Of a stretch of 64,000 nt of DNA, positions 62,456 through 64,000 are shown piece by piece. The position numbers and the translations under genes were made by a program. This DNA comes from Felis catus. Its lineage: Eukaryota. Under the pieces are notes generated by a model. That model saw only the letters and a list, made by a program, of their open reading frames with translations, did not search any database and was not told the origin of the DNA. The stretch lies in contig NC_058368.1 of the NCBI RefSeq assembly GCF_018350175.1, positions 163,310,001-163,374,000 on the forward strand, read 5' to 3'. The first letter of the stretch is position 1. Every line of letters begins with the position of its first letter.

Positions 62456-63421
62456 CTAGAACTTTTCTTTAATAGAAACACCAATAGTGAAGGTAAAATA
62501 TTTTAAAATTTATTGGAATGTTTTAAAGTATCAGAAGCCAGATGGGTGTGTCTTACACTGTGGTCTCTATTAGTGGGAAAAATTGAATGTGATTTTAGAG
62601 TGAGTTCTGTGGAATTACATGAAATATTTGTTTGGGTTTGGGTCTTTGTTTGTTTTGGAAATTGCACAGAATGTGAAGCTGTTAAAAGCATCATTTAAAA
62701 ACAGCTATCTTTATTAAATGCCATGTCAATCACAGTGTCAGACCTATGCTGGTGCTGGTATCCTAACCTTCCTGCCCAGAGGAGTTTAGTATATGCCAGC
62801 AGGAGGGACAAGCACAAAACTGCATTTATAGACAAATCTAGAAATGTATACCAAGTACTGAGGCTGTGCAGGGGCAGAGCACGCAGGTTTGCTGGGAAAG
62901 CAGGGGACAGCGAGAGGAAAAGGCTTCTTAGAAGGTGGAAACAGAGCAAGGATTTGCATGGTGGTCAGGAGCCCCCAGGTAGGCAGGGGCAGGAGGAAGA
63001 CATGTTCTAAACAAAGGTGAAAGCATGTGTATAGACACGGGGAAGTGAAAAGCCCATCCATGAGGAAATTTCTGTAATTTGGTGCTCCTGGAGTGTGAAA
63101 TGTAAAGACAGAAGTGGCAAGAAATGAGAACATTGATGAAAGGTGAGGGCCAGACCATACAAAGCCTTGTCAGGACTTTATTCTCACAAACAGAGTGCTT
63201 GTCAGCCAGACAGTAACCTAGGCTTCTGTCCTAGGCTTGACTGTGTGGAAAAGCCACTAGCCTTATGAAGAAAGCATTGAGGCTTTAGGAGGCCCAGGTA
63301 ACCCAGAACTGAGGCTCCGGAAAGCCAGAATGAGTTCTTTTTAAAATATAGACTCACTAATTTTTATAAATTAATATTCCATGGAAAACATAATGTAATA
63401 TAATTAGAGATGAATGTCCCA

Positions 63422-63537
63422 GGGAGCCTGGCTGATTCGGTCGAGAGAGCATGAAATTCTCGATGTTGGGGTTGTGAGTTCGAGCCCCATGATGAATGTG
63501 GAGATTGCTTAAAAATTAAAAAACAACAACAACAAAA
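63422..63537 (+). mobile_element. Short old-type CAN-SINE
   Basis: GGGAGCCTGGCTGATTCGGTC..GTGAGTTCGAGCCCCA..GAGATTGCTT plus A/(CAA) tail. Confidence 0.85.
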
Positions 63538-63569
63538 AGAAACGAATATCCTGCATAAGCAGTAGCATT

Positions 63570-63745
63570 CAGGGGTTAGGTGTTTAGACTCTAAGACCAG
63601 ATGGCCTGGCAATGGCACTTGCTTGTTTTGTTACCCTCACAAACTTTCTAAGCCTTTCTGCCCCCTCATCTATAAAATGGGATCATAATGGTTTATAGAA
63701 AGGTACCTGGTAAGTGCTCAATAAATATTAGCTAGTATCATTATA
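63570..63745. mobile_element. MIR SINE
   Basis: CCTCATCTATAAAATGGG..ATAAT..GTAAGTGCTCAATAAATATTAGCTA. Confidence 0.7.
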
Positions 63746-64000
63746 GTCCCTATAAAAGGCTTCAAAGTGACAATAAATTGCCCTAAATGCAACCTTTTGT
63801 CATAGTTGCCTATAATATAAAGGGTGTGTTGGTTACTTTTCAGGGGTGTTATAATGTCTTGTTGTATTTAGACACAGAACTAAGCTACTAGAAGTTTCCT
63901 GGTTATACTGTTTCCTGTTCTCCACAGCATTTGTTGTTATTCATAGTTCATTTATAAGAAGATAAACTACAAGACAGTCCCTGCCCTCAAGGGAATTAGA

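Overview
Mammalian genomic DNA from a felid, probably the domestic cat, judged from many CAN-SINEs including four near-identical young SINEC_Fc-type copies. The window holds the 5' coding part of PAM (peptidylglycine alpha-amidating monooxygenase) on the + strand. Six GT-AG exons (3003-3466, 4425-4545, 35580-35637, 46525-46612, 57272-57357, 58751-58834) splice into one open frame of 175 codons plus 1 nt. This covers the signal peptide, the pro-region and the N-terminal PHM subdomain with all three CuH histidines. The gene begins upstream of the window and continues downstream. The rest is intron filled with SINE, L1, L2, MIR, LTR and DNA-transposon remnants, and the other listed ORFs look spurious or repeat-derived. 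I see no convincing new multi-gene system. The best second-look items are: a tailless retrocopy of the 5' half of initiator tRNA-Met with a perfect target-site duplication (26457-26530); three uORFs in the PAM 5' UTR; a tail-to-tail inverted SINE pair 1 kb before exon 4; a tandem splice donor; and an apparent R62H change. Exon numbers follow the human convention from memory. Repeat family names are by eye, and repeat boundaries are approximate.
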